In this document: positions 17,855 through 27,066 of the stretch, in pieces | Numbering within the stretch: position 1 is the first letter of the stretch | Layout of the letters: every line of letters begins with the position of its first letter | Origin: Candidatus Thorarchaeota archaeon | Lineage (GTDB): Archaea > Asgardarchaeota > Thorarchaeia > Thorarchaeales > Thorarchaeaceae | Assembly: GCA_003345555.1 (NCBI GenBank) | Contig: PRDJ01000017.1 | Coordinates: forward strand, 1-27,622 | Length of the DNA: 27,622 nt | Direction of reading: 5' to 3' | Made by a program: the position numbers and the translations under genes | The notes under the pieces: model-generated | Told to the model about the DNA's origin: nothing | The model's input: only the letters and a program-made list of their open reading frames with translations | Databases searched by the model: none

Positions 17855-20800
17855 GCTCTCCCCTCCAACACCTCTTTCAGATAAGGAGCCGTTGCTGTCC
17901 CGGAACGCGCTACGACCTCTGGAGTGCCCGAAGCAATGACACGGCCTCCTTCTGGACCGGCTCCGGGACCTAATTCTATTAACCAGTCGCACGCTGATAG
18001 AACATTAGGGTGATGCTCAATCACAACAACGGTATTGCCGCCGTCTACAACCTTGCGAAGTGCTCGGATTAGTCTGTCCACATCTTGGATGTGTAGGCCC
18101 ACCGTGGGTTCATCCAAGATATACATGGTCGATGATGAGACATTCTGTGAAAGCTCCTTAGCGATCTTGAGACGCTGGCACTCTCCACCCGATAGCGTCT
18201 GACCCGGTTGGTGAAGGACCAGATAGCCCAGACCAAGGTCCCTCGCACCCTTGAGCTTCCTACGAATGACTTCGGATTCGCCAAATAGCTCGGAAACCCG
18301 GTCAACGGTCAGCTGCCCGAGTTCTGGAAATGGAATACCATTGACATGCACGTCCCACGACTCCTTTGACCTTCCAGTACCTGCACATGTCTCGCAGGGC
18401 GTAATCGCATCTGGGAGGAAACCCATGTCAGTCCTGACGATTCCTCGACCGTCACACACGGAACAACGTCGGGTCAAATCGTCTTCTGATAGCCCAAGAG
18501 CTTTGGCATCATTGCTCTCCGCATATAACGATGTGAGCGGTCCAATCACATCAAGGAACTGACCCGGATTGATTATGTGTTCGCGGGTTTGATCGAGAAC
18601 GATTGTTCTCTGCGGGGCGCCCTCGATAGAGTCATGTGCGCCAGGTTGCATCGGTTCGTATGCGACGCTGGTCGTTATGTGTTTTGGAGCAAGAGCCCGC
18701 CCTATCGTATCTACCATTATGGTGCTCTTGCCCGAACCCGAAACGCCACACACACCGACGAGCATACCTAGAGGCACTCTGAATTCCGCTTCGCAAAGAT
18801 TGTTTTCTTTGGCTCCCTTTACAATCATCCAATGTTCTGGTTCTCTCCGATTTCCGGGAACCTCTATCCTGTATTCGCCCCGCAGCCACCTACCGGTTGG
18901 CGTGTCAGTTCCTGCAACTTCTTCGATTTTCCCTTCTGCTATTACCCGCCCACCGTTGTCTCCAGGACCAGGACCCATTTCCACAATGTGGTCAGCGGCC
19001 CTAATCAGGGCACGATCGTGCTCAACCACGACAACAGTGTTTCCTTCGTGCCGCAGTTCTCTAAGGACATCAGCGAGTGCATCGACCTCCGAAGGGTGCA
19101 TTCCTCTGGAAGGCTCATCAAGCAGGACCGTCAGTGACGTCAGACCGCTGCCAAGAATCCCCGCAATACGAACTCGTTGGGCCTCCCCTGCAGACAGAGT
19201 CGCTGAGACTCTGTTCAAGTGCAAGTACCCGACCCCGACTCTGATAAGAAATTTCAGGCGCTCAAGGATTGTTTTGAAGTTGGCTCTGGACAGGGTGAAT
19301 CTGGGATCTACGGTCTTCATATCACTGAGGACCTGAAAGAGTCTGCTAAGTGGCATCTCACCAAGTGCATGAGCATCGTACCCTGCGAGTCTAACGGCCA
19401 GAACCTCAGGACGAAAGCGGGTGCCATTGCACTGAGTGCAAGTCTTCGTACTCGTGTAGGTTCCGCCAATGTCCCAGTCTCCTATGAGACCGTAGAAGCC
19501 GCGAAATGGTAGAATCCTGGTTGAGGGAGGTCTGGTCCGACTCTCGGCTGTGACACTAAGAGGCTCGGAGTCCCCGAACAAGAAGGCCTTCTGTGCTTCA
19601 GGACTCATTTGGTTCCACGGTGTGATTTCCGGGTCGAAACCGTATCGTTCGCCCAAAGCCCGAACAAAGTAGTACCCGTGATTGTAGGGCTTGCACAAGT
19701 AACCGATTGGGAAGAAACCTGGGGAGTACAATGCTCCGCTGCATATCGCCCTGTCGGAATTGATGATCAGCTTGTTAGGATCCGGCACCTGTAGAGTACC
19801 AATCCCGTTGCACTTCGGACAAGCCGAAGAGTACGTGGACGATGAGAAGTGTCTTGCTTCAAGGAGGGGTGCGGTTTCCTTGCACGTAGGACACACCCAT
19901 TCCAAGCCTCTCTCCATCCTGGCTCCACATCTGAGGCATATGCGTTCGCCCAACGTAGCAAGCAGGACTGCCAGATGATGTGAGACCTCGGTGACAGTCC
20001 CAACTGTAGAACGTCTGTTGTAGAGCTTTTCACCCGGAGTGATAGACATTGAGACCCCAAGCCCACTGACTGACTCCACAAAAGCTTCGGGGCCCTCATG
20101 AATACCTTGCCTTTCGTACAGTGAGAGACTCTCCAAGAACCTTCTCTTGGCTTCGGCCTCTAGCACATCATGAACGAGGCTGGACTTACCGGAGCCAGAC
20201 ACTCCAGTGACTACCGTGAGCAGCCCCTTCGGAATGTCTATGTCAACACCTTTCAGGTTATTCGCGCGGGCGTTCCTTATCGAGATATACTCTGATGGTC
20301 CAGCGACCTTTCCGGCTTTCGCGTGAGGGCGGATTAATCCATCTTCTTTCAATGCCTTGCCAGTGGCTGAGGCTCTTGCGGCCATCAACCCACTGGGTGG
20401 ACCCTGGTAGACAACCTGTCCTCCCATAGGTCCGGCGCCAGGACCAAGGTCAATTACCCAATCAGCGGCTCGGACGATGTCCAGATTGTGCTCGACAACA
20501 ACTACAGTGGCGCCAGCAACTACAAGGGTGGCGAGGACCTCTAACAAGCCTTTCAGATCCCTGGGGTGCAATCCGGTGGTTGGTTCGTCCAAGATTATTA
20601 GACGGTCTGCGAGCTTCTTCTTGCCAAGGAATTTGGCGAGCTTCACTCTCTGCGATTCACCGCCTGAAAGGCTGGGCGAGGGTTGGCCTATGGGAACGTA
20701 GCCCAGTCCGATTGTTACTAACGCATCCAGCATACTTCGGACTGAAGCGCGGTTTGTGGCAGAAAGCCGACTATCGTCTGCCAAAAGAGCACGGACCTGA

Positions 20801-22710
20801 GAGACGGATAGCCGGTAGAAATCTGCAATCGACAGTCTCTGTTCCCCGAGTTCGATCTTTCTTGACAGCACCTCGTCTGAGAAGCGTTGAGAATCGCAGT
20901 CGGAGCACGGAATCCATGTAGAAGGCAGATATCGCATCTTCACTTCAACGGCTCCGATGCCAGAACAGGTGGGACAAGCACCCTCAGGTCTGTTGAACGA
21001 ATAGTGGGACGGGGACAATCCGGTTTGTCTCGCGTACAAGTCCCGAATAATATCAGAAAGCTTTGTGTAAGTGGCGGGGTTTGATCGGGGATTGTGACCA
21101 ATCGGACTCTGATCAACGAGCACAGCCTTAAGCTTGGGACCGATTACTGCTGTACAGTTGAAAGGCTTTCCCTTCGTGAGCGATGGAACCAAGACATCCT
21201 CGACAAGCGTGCTCTTACCCGAGCCTGAAACTCCGGTTATCACTACCAATCTGCCGATTGGCAGAAGTATGTCTATCGACTGAAGATTGTGAACCCGAGC
21301 TCCGAGAATCTTCAGGAATTCTTTGGGTTCAGGTCGCATTGTAGTAGCTGGTACCCTTTCACGCAGACTGAAGTAGCGTCCCGTGATTGTCTCGGATTTC
21401 CACAAGTCGCCGGGTGTTCCCGTGAAGACTACTGTTCCTCCTTCTTCTCCCGCACCAGGTCCAAGGTCTATTGCCCGGTCAGCATAGGCGGCTGCAGCTC
21501 TGTCGTGCTCAACATAAACGACAGGCCCCGCTAGCTTCCGAAAAGCTGGCAGAATCCTCGCGACATCATCAGGGTGCTGACCTATCGTGGGTTCATCTAG
21601 CACATGCAGCACATCTTCCAATCGACTTGACAGGCAAACTGCCAAACGAACTCGTTGCGATTCTCCTCGTGAGAGCGTTGGTGAGGGCCGGTCAAGCTGG
21701 ATGTATCCGAGGCCGACTGCTCTAAGCGCATCCAGCCTCTTTGTGATCTCTGATTTCAGACGTGTAGCTGTCGAAGGCATGTAGGCTCTCACGAAGAGAA
21801 CCTGAACTTCATCGACGGTGAAAGCAAGTAGCTCATTGATTCTGAGACCCTCCCATCTGACTGCTGCAGCCTGTGGGAGCAGCCCGGACATGCCACATTG
21901 CTGACACCCTTTGCCTTCGCAAAACGGGCATTCGGTGTGAAAATGAACTGGTTGAATCTCATCGAAATGAGTTCCACAAATTGGACATATCGTTGCCCTT
22001 GAGAGAACTAGTCTTGAACCACTACTCTCCGCAACAATCGCGCTGGCACCGAGTGCCGCAGACCTCTCGATAGCGGACCGAACTGCAGCCAGAGGGGAGT
22101 CAGGCGAAACACTGGCTACCTTCACGTCGATTGCATGCTCGTCCTTAGACTGAAGGCGCCTGCTGGACCAAGGCCTTCCGTCTACGAGAAGAGATTCCTT
22201 GCCGAACTCCTTCGATAGAATATCTAGTAATATGCGGTGACTTCCTCTTGTCTTGCGCACGATTGGGGCGTAAAGTGCCACACTTGCTCGTCTCGAGATA
22301 GCGAGGATTCTCTCCACTAGCTCATCCTCTGATAGAACGGACAGTCCTGCGCCGCACTGAGGACAGGACCTGACCCCAAACCTCGCGTAAAGAAGGCGGA
22401 GGAAGGGGTGAAGTCCGCATGCCGTTGCGATTGTAGAAAGGGGATTGCGGTTTAGAAGATTCTGACCGACGGCGACTGCGGGACCCACACCAGTCAGTGA
22501 CTCGACATTCGCAGGAGCAAGACGAGTCAATTGAGCACGTGTCGAGAATACATCGAGGAACCTTCGGCGCGCTTCGTGGTAGAGCGTATCGAACACGAGT
22601 GATGTCTTGCCAGAGCCGGAGACACCTGTAACAACGGTGAGGCCGTCGCCGATGTCGACATCTACTCCTTTTAGGTTGTGTTCACGTGCGCCGCGGATTC
22701 TTACGTCCAC
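17851..22710 (-). CDS. uvrA: Double-length UvrA-family ABC ATPase (two fused UvrA units, four NBD motif sets)
   Basis: Four GVSGSGK(T/S) Walker A motifs, four LS(R/G/A/G)GE signatures, four LDEP Walker B motifs, UvrA-specific GAREHNL/NARANNL starts and CxxC zinc sites. 1619 aa, GTG start. Confidence 0.9.
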   Translation of the reverse strand: MDVRIRGAREHNLKGVDVDIGDGLTVVTGVSGSGKTSLVFDTLYHEARRRFLDVFSTRAQLTRLAPANVESLTGVGPAVAVGQNLLNRNPLSTIATACGLHPFLRLLYARFGVRSCPQCGAGLSVLSEDELVERILAISRRASVALYAPIVRKTRGSHRILLDILSKEFGKESLLVDGRPWSSRRLQSKDEHAIDVKVASVSPDSPLAAVRSAIERSAALGASAIVAESSGSRLVLSRATICPICGTHFDEIQPVHFHTECPFCEGKGCQQCGMSGLLPQAAAVRWEGLRINELLAFTVDEVQVLFVRAYMPSTATRLKSEITKRLDALRAVGLGYIQLDRPSPTLSRGESQRVRLAVCLSSRLEDVLHVLDEPTIGQHPDDVARILPAFRKLAGPVVYVEHDRAAAAYADRAIDLGPGAGEEGGTVVFTGTPGDLWKSETITGRYFSLRERVPATTMRPEPKEFLKILGARVHNLQSIDILLPIGRLVVITGVSGSGKSTLVEDVLVPSLTKGKPFNCTAVIGPKLKAVLVDQSPIGHNPRSNPATYTKLSDIIRDLYARQTGLSPSHYSFNRPEGACPTCSGIGAVEVKMRYLPSTWIPCSDCDSQRFSDEVLSRKIELGEQRLSIADFYRLSVSQVRALLADDSRLSATNRASVRSMLDALVTIGLGYVPIGQPSPSLSGGESQRVKLAKFLGKKKLADRLIILDEPTTGLHPRDLKGLLEVLATLVVAGATVVVVEHNLDIVRAADWVIDLGPGAGPMGGQVVYQGPPSGLMAARASATGKALKEDGLIRPHAKAGKVAGPSEYISIRNARANNLKGVDIDIPKGLLTVVTGVSGSGKSSLVHDVLEAEAKRRFLESLSLYERQGIHEGPEAFVESVSGLGVSMSITPGEKLYNRRSTVGTVTEVSHHLAVLLATLGERICLRCGARMERGLEWVCPTCKETAPLLEARHFSSSTYSSACPKCNGIGTLQVPDPNKLIINSDRAICSGALYSPGFFPIGYLCKPYNHGYYFVRALGERYGFDPEITPWNQMSPEAQKAFLFGDSEPLSVTAESRTRPPSTRILPFRGFYGLIGDWDIGGTYTSTKTCTQCNGTRFRPEVLAVRLAGYDAHALGEMPLSRLFQVLSDMKTVDPRFTLSRANFKTILERLKFLIRVGVGYLHLNRVSATLSAGEAQRVRIAGILGSGLTSLTVLLDEPSRGMHPSEVDALADVLRELRHEGNTVVVVEHDRALIRAADHIVEMGPGPGDNGGRVIAEGKIEEVAGTDTPTGRWLRGEYRIEVPGNRREPEHWMIVKGAKENNLCEAEFRVPLGMLVGVCGVSGSGKSTIMVDTIGRALAPKHITTSVAYEPMQPGAHDSIEGAPQRTIVLDQTREHIINPGQFLDVIGPLTSLYAESNDAKALGLSEDDLTRRCSVCDGRGIVRTDMGFLPDAITPCETCAGTGRSKESWDVHVNGIPFPELGQLTVDRVSELFGESEVIRRKLKGARDLGLGYLVLHQPGQTLSGGECQRLKIAKELSQNVSSSTMYILDEPTVGLHIQDVDRLIRALRKVVDGGNTVVVIEHHPNVLSACDWLIELGPGAGPEGGRVIASGTPEVVARSGTATAPYLKEVLEGRA

Positions 22711-22910
22711 TCAATCACTGTCCGTATCGTGTGCTTGACGGCTAGATGAACGATGCGGATGCTTCTGCCCAAGTGTGAATGTAGTGGTTTTAGCGCCTCT
22801 TGCGGTGTGCATGAGCCAGAATCCAGTTCGAACCAGCCATAGCAGGAGAACCTTTGTTAATATCTTGAATCTCCGCAAAAGCCATCTGCAGAATAGGACT
22901 GGCAAGAACA

Positions 22911-23525
22911 ATGATTCGAGCACTTGTGGTGGACTTTGATGGCGTATTGAGGTTGCTTGACAAGCAAGCAGCCGAAGCGGCCTGCAACAAGATGGGGTTC
23001 AAGCTGGACGAGTTGAACGACACCCTTTGGCATGATGAGATTGGCAAGGCGCTTCTCAGGGGGACGACCACCCGGGACGATTGGTGGAAGAGAGTCCAGG
23101 CGAAGGACTCTCGATTGAAACATGAGTCGCACAAGCGTGTCATGCAGTCGGTTTATGACAACACTTCCTCAATCGATACGGACCTGTTTGCTTATCTCAA
23201 GACAGTCTCAAGGACGATTCCGGTTTCCATATTCACCAATTCCGACGCTGAATCGAAGAAAGCGATTCTCAAGAAGTTCGGAAGGGGCAGCCCATTCGCC
23301 CACGTAGTAGCATCCAGCGACATCGGACACACAAAGCCCGATGCACAGTCATTTCTAGAGATGCTCAGATCTGTAGGAGCGAGTCCTCATGAGTGCCTAT
23401 ACTTCGATGATAAGGAAAGCAATGTTTCCGCAGCACTAGGCCTCGGAATACAGGCTCATCTCTATGCTGGCATTGAAGACCTGAAGAACATAACCCAACG
23501 AATCCTGTCAGCGAACCCCTCGTGA
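22911..23525 (+). CDS. HAD-superfamily hydrolase (family IA)
   Basis: Motif I DFDGVL, motif II TNS, motif III KPD, motif IV YFDDKESNV. Confidence 0.9.
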   Translation: MIRALVVDFDGVLRLLDKQAAEAACNKMGFKLDELNDTLWHDEIGKALLRGTTTRDDWWKRVQAKDSRLKHESHKRVMQSVYDNTSSIDTDLFAYLKTVSRTIPVSIFTNSDAESKKAILKKFGRGSPFAHVVASSDIGHTKPDAQSFLEMLRSVGASPHECLYFDDKESNVSAALGLGIQAHLYAGIEDLKNITQRILSANPS

Positions 23526-23554
23526 GTTCCTGCTAAATGCTCTGAAGGATTTGC

Positions 23555-25588
23555 TTAAGCCGCCTTGCTGCCCGGCGGGACTCCTTCGACGGTCACGGGG
23601 ACCCAGTAGTCGGGTTGATCAGCCTTCTCGATTGCGAGAATCATGCCCTTGCTTTCGATTCCGCCAATCTTCTTCGATTCCAGATTGACAACGAATAAAG
23701 CAGTCAGACCCTTCAGCTTCTCAGGAGGATAAAGGTGACCAAGACCGGTGACAATTGTCCTTACCTCGGTACCGATGTCCACTTGCAGCTTCAGAAGCTT
23801 GTCTGTTCTGGGGACACGAGTGCACTCAATGATCTTCCCTGCTCGTAGGTCCATCTTTCTGAATTCCTCGAACGATATCATCTTCGTTTCAGGCTCCGCA
23901 TGGTCTGCGGTAAGCGCTGCTTGTATACGTTTGGATGTCACATCTGACAGCCTTGAGAGGAGTTCCTCATCAATCTTGACGATTACCGGGCTGACCTCGC
24001 CAAGCTTCGATCCCTCCTTCAAGGGCTTTGACGTCTCGTCGAGTCCTACCTTATGTACGTCAGAACTCATCGCGAACTGACGCCAGACTTTCTCGGCCAC
24101 AGACGGCATGATTGGTTCAATAAGAACCGCTATGGCTTTGGCCAAGTTCAACGAGTTGTAAACCACTTCTTGGCATTTCACCTTGTCCTTCTTGATCAAC
24201 TCCCAGGGTTTGTTAGTCTGGAAGTACTCGTTGCCAAAAGCGGCCAAAGCCATTACCTCGTCGGCGACTTTCTTTAGCTCATATTCGTTGATACCGTCAA
24301 TAACGGCCTCCACTGTCTTCTGGATTCTCTGCTGAATCGCATCAACGGGTTTTCCTTGAGGCACTCCATTGAAATTCTGCTTGGCAAAGTAAAGGGCTCT
24401 GTATAGGAAGTTACCAAGTGTATTCACAAGCTCGGTGTTGACCTTCTCATTGAATGACGCCCAAGTGAAATCAAGGTCCTTGGTCTGGCTGGAGTACGAC
24501 ACCATGTAGTATCGCATGTAGTCAGGATCCAGATTGTTGTCAAGGTAATCCTCTCCAATCCAGATTACATAGCCTCTGCTCTTGCTAAGCTTGTTTCCCG
24601 CCACGGTCACCATGCCCGATGCGACAACAGCATCCGGCAGATTGTAGCCGCTTCCCTTAAGCATCGCTGGCCAAAAGATGCAATGATGGTATGTGATGTC
24701 TTGCCCTATGTAGTGAACGATGCGCCCATCACCCGGCTTCCAGAAGCGCTCCCAAGCATCTGGTTTTCCGATCTTCTTGGCCCACTCCTCCGTGCTCGAT
24801 ATGTAACCTATAGGAGCATCGACCCACACATAAAGAACCAGCTTCTCGTCTCCGGGGTATCTAACGCCCCAGTCAATGTCGCGGGTTATGCACCAGTCTT
24901 TCAAACCTTCGTGAAGCCACCCGAGAGCGTAGTTCCTCGCGTTCTTCGTACCGTCTAGTCCCTCAAGGTACGTCTGCAGGAAATCGGCGAAGCTCGTAAG
25001 CCGGAAGTAATGGTGTTTCCGAGTTATGGGACGTGTGGGCGATCCACATATTGCACAACGCGGATTCAATATCTCGCCCGGCTCCAAGTACCTGCCACAA
25101 CCTTGGTCACACTCGTCGCCTCTCGCGTCCTTGCCGCAATAGGGACATGTGCCCCTGACATACCTGTCGGGCAGAGACCTCTTCTCGTTGTCACAGTAAG
25201 GTGTCTGGAGATCCTTCGCATAGACGTAGCCGTTCTTCTGGAGGGCCGTAACTATCTGGGTCGTTCTTCTGTGATTCTCTGGATCGTCCGTGCTGCCGTA
25301 ATTGTCAAAGAATATTCCGAGCTTCGGGAAGATCTCTTGGTACAACTGATGGTACTTCATAGCCAACTCTTTGGGAGTGACACCCGCCTTCTCCGCAGCC
25401 GTCATGATTGGAGTACCGTGTGTATCCGAACCACAAATGAACGTCGTACTCACGCCCATCTTTCTTAGATACCGTATGAAGACATCTGCAGGCACGTAGG
25501 TTCTGAGGTGGCCTAGATGTAATGGGCCACTGGCATATGGCAGTCCGCATGTGACAACGACAGGTTCTTTGCAGGGATACTTCCTCAT
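23555..25588 (-). CDS. metG: Methionyl-tRNA synthetase with C-terminal tRNA-binding (Trbp111-like) domain
   Basis: CGLPYASGPLHLGH (HIGH motif), zinc knuckles, YVWVDAPIGY, KLSKS (KMSKS motif), and a C-terminal OB domain (DLRAGKI...KLLKLQVDIG). Confidence 0.96.
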   Translation of the reverse strand: MRKYPCKEPVVVTCGLPYASGPLHLGHLRTYVPADVFIRYLRKMGVSTTFICGSDTHGTPIMTAAEKAGVTPKELAMKYHQLYQEIFPKLGIFFDNYGSTDDPENHRRTTQIVTALQKNGYVYAKDLQTPYCDNEKRSLPDRYVRGTCPYCGKDARGDECDQGCGRYLEPGEILNPRCAICGSPTRPITRKHHYFRLTSFADFLQTYLEGLDGTKNARNYALGWLHEGLKDWCITRDIDWGVRYPGDEKLVLYVWVDAPIGYISSTEEWAKKIGKPDAWERFWKPGDGRIVHYIGQDITYHHCIFWPAMLKGSGYNLPDAVVASGMVTVAGNKLSKSRGYVIWIGEDYLDNNLDPDYMRYYMVSYSSQTKDLDFTWASFNEKVNTELVNTLGNFLYRALYFAKQNFNGVPQGKPVDAIQQRIQKTVEAVIDGINEYELKKVADEVMALAAFGNEYFQTNKPWELIKKDKVKCQEVVYNSLNLAKAIAVLIEPIMPSVAEKVWRQFAMSSDVHKVGLDETSKPLKEGSKLGEVSPVIVKIDEELLSRLSDVTSKRIQAALTADHAEPETKMISFEEFRKMDLRAGKIIECTRVPRTDKLLKLQVDIGTEVRTIVTGLGHLYPPEKLKGLTALFVVNLESKKIGGIESKGMILAIEKADQPDYWVPVTVEGVPPGSKAA

Positions 25589-25765
25589 TCTTCTGTCACG
25601 CTCCTCTGCTGCTTGGCGGGATTGTACCTATTCATCACTGTCGACCAGCAATGGGTGGACAAGGAGTGAGAAACGCCCGAGAGATGGCCTCTCAGAGGGC
25701 CTCATTGGAACACGTGTTCCAAGATTCGTGTCTATGAGCTTCTAATCCCGCCTTGGAGTTGTAGA
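25589..25765 (-). ncRNA. Candidate structured 5' leader RNA of metG
   Basis: 9-bp closing inverted repeat, perfect 18-bp palindrome, hairpins needing G-U pairs only on the minus strand, an internal anti-SD, and a TATA-like TTATAT at 25792-25787. Folded by eye only. Confidence 0.45.
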
Positions 25766-25878
25766 CGGAGGTTTGGCCGGGCGGCGATATAACTCTAACG
25801 TTGCATTGTGCGATTCTTGACGCAAACGGTCGCGTCAAAGGAGCCATATCCGACTGCTTATCTTTGGACTGCTTCCAC

Positions 25879-26196
25879 ATGCATCCGATGATAGAAGTCC
25901 ACGTGTATGGCCGCTTCAGAGAGCTAGTGCCGGGAAGTCACGCAGACGAGGACACTGTGCTGAAGTGTGAGTTTGTGCCGAGCGAAACATTCGAAGGCCT
26001 AATCAACAGGCTAGGCGTAAAGACAAGGGACATAGGCGACTGTTTCGTGAATGGCAATCTTGCGAAGCTCTCGGTCGTGATGAAGGACGAAGATCGAGTG
26101 GGTCTGTTTCCATTCAACATGAGATTGATTGATGGCGGACAGTACATCAAAGGCCACGGCTGCATCGAGCACGACATAGAAGTAGACCGGTACTAG
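25879..26196 (+). CDS. ThiS/MoaD-family ubiquitin-like (beta-grasp) protein with internal GG and 18-aa C-terminal extension
   Basis: IEVHVYGRFREL...FVNGN...KDEDRVGLFP pattern. Start is ATG 25879 or 25888. Confidence 0.78.
   Translation: MHPMIEVHVYGRFRELVPGSHADEDTVLKCEFVPSETFEGLINRLGVKTRDIGDCFVNGNLAKLSVVMKDEDRVGLFPFNMRLIDGGQYIKGHGCIEHDIEVDRY
26110..26196 (+). repeat. Direct repeat copy 1 (3' end of the ThiS/MoaD-like gene)
   Basis: Aligns with 27282-27367 at ~80% identity (17 differences in 87 positions, hand count). Confidence 0.9.
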
Positions 26197-26268
26197 GGCC
26201 AGAAGATTGCTCGAAAGTGATTTATAGAGTGGGCCTTTCAATTCTCCAGATAGGACGAGGGCTGCTCA

Positions 26269-26976
26269 ATGCACCCAGATGATCTAGAATCTCGCTTTAT
26301 CCTAAAGGGTGATCCCAAAAGTGGCGAGTTCATATTTAGACTTCATAGATATTGGTTTAGTAGACCCTATGAGTATACCTGGGCGTCTCAATTCATTAAT
26401 GCAACGGATGTTGCCCTTGATGCCGGTTGTGGGATCTCTCATCCCTTGAAGTTCTTCTTGGCAGAGAAGGCAAACGAGGTCTACGCAGTCGATATTGATA
26501 AGAGGATTCTGTCAAAAGAAGAGATCATAAAGGCAATCATAGATGATTTTGGAGAAGAGTCCGTTAAGAATGTCAAGGACTATTGGTTTCAGAAGATCAG
26601 ATTTCAGAATTCAAGCATTACGGATCTTCCCTATGAAAACAATAGTTTCGACAAAGTATTTTGCATTTCGGTGCTAGAACACATGCGGGATTTCTTCAAT
26701 GCGCATCCGTCGATCCACAAAACCCACAGACCATTCTTGAAGAAGGATATTGAGAAGGCAATGAAGGAGTTCCACCGAGTACTTAAGAAAGAGGGATTGT
26801 TGATTCTGACATTCGACTACCCGGACATTAATCTTGACTACCTGAAGGCAGTCATAAGAGCGTCTAGCTTCGTTTATTGTGGAAAAGTCGATTATACAAT
26901 CCCAAAGGATGCCCTATTCTGGGAAGAAAAAAACCTGCGGTTCTTTCGAGCGGCATTGAAGAAAGACGATTCCTAA
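26269..26976 (+). CDS. Class I SAM-dependent methyltransferase, AT-rich (probably foreign)
   Basis: Motif I ALDAGCG, AVDID, and DLPYENNSFDKVFCISVLEH. GC is 35-40% in three 60-nt spot counts versus ~52% in metG. Confidence 0.88.
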   Translation: MHPDDLESRFILKGDPKSGEFIFRLHRYWFSRPYEYTWASQFINATDVALDAGCGISHPLKFFLAEKANEVYAVDIDKRILSKEEIIKAIIDDFGEESVKNVKDYWFQKIRFQNSSITDLPYENNSFDKVFCISVLEHMRDFFNAHPSIHKTHRPFLKKDIEKAMKEFHRVLKKEGLLILTFDYPDINLDYLKAVIRASSFVYCGKVDYTIPKDALFWEEKNLRFFRAALKKDDS

Positions 26977-27066
26977 GCGCTCGCTAGCTACTCGCGTCGT
27001 CTTCTCTGTTGCCGTTTCGTTTTCCCGTTTGGGTCTGGGTTTGGGGTCCAAGTTTTAGTGCCTCTT

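Noticed and set aside
25632-25696. CUGA and GUGAUGA on the minus strand, suggestive of box D/C or a SECIS core
   Set aside because: No flanking terminal C and D boxes, the pairing geometry does not fit, and no in-frame UGA selenoprotein candidate is nearby.
25628-25705. 25-aa uORF (MRPSERPSLGRFSLLVHPLLVDSDE) ending in TAG, in frame with metG 39 nt downstream; considered as pyrrolysine read-through or a Met attenuator peptide
   Set aside because: No internal Met codons, no similarity to known MetRS N-termini, and MetRS is complete from ATG 25588. In-frame coincidence has a 1-in-3 chance.
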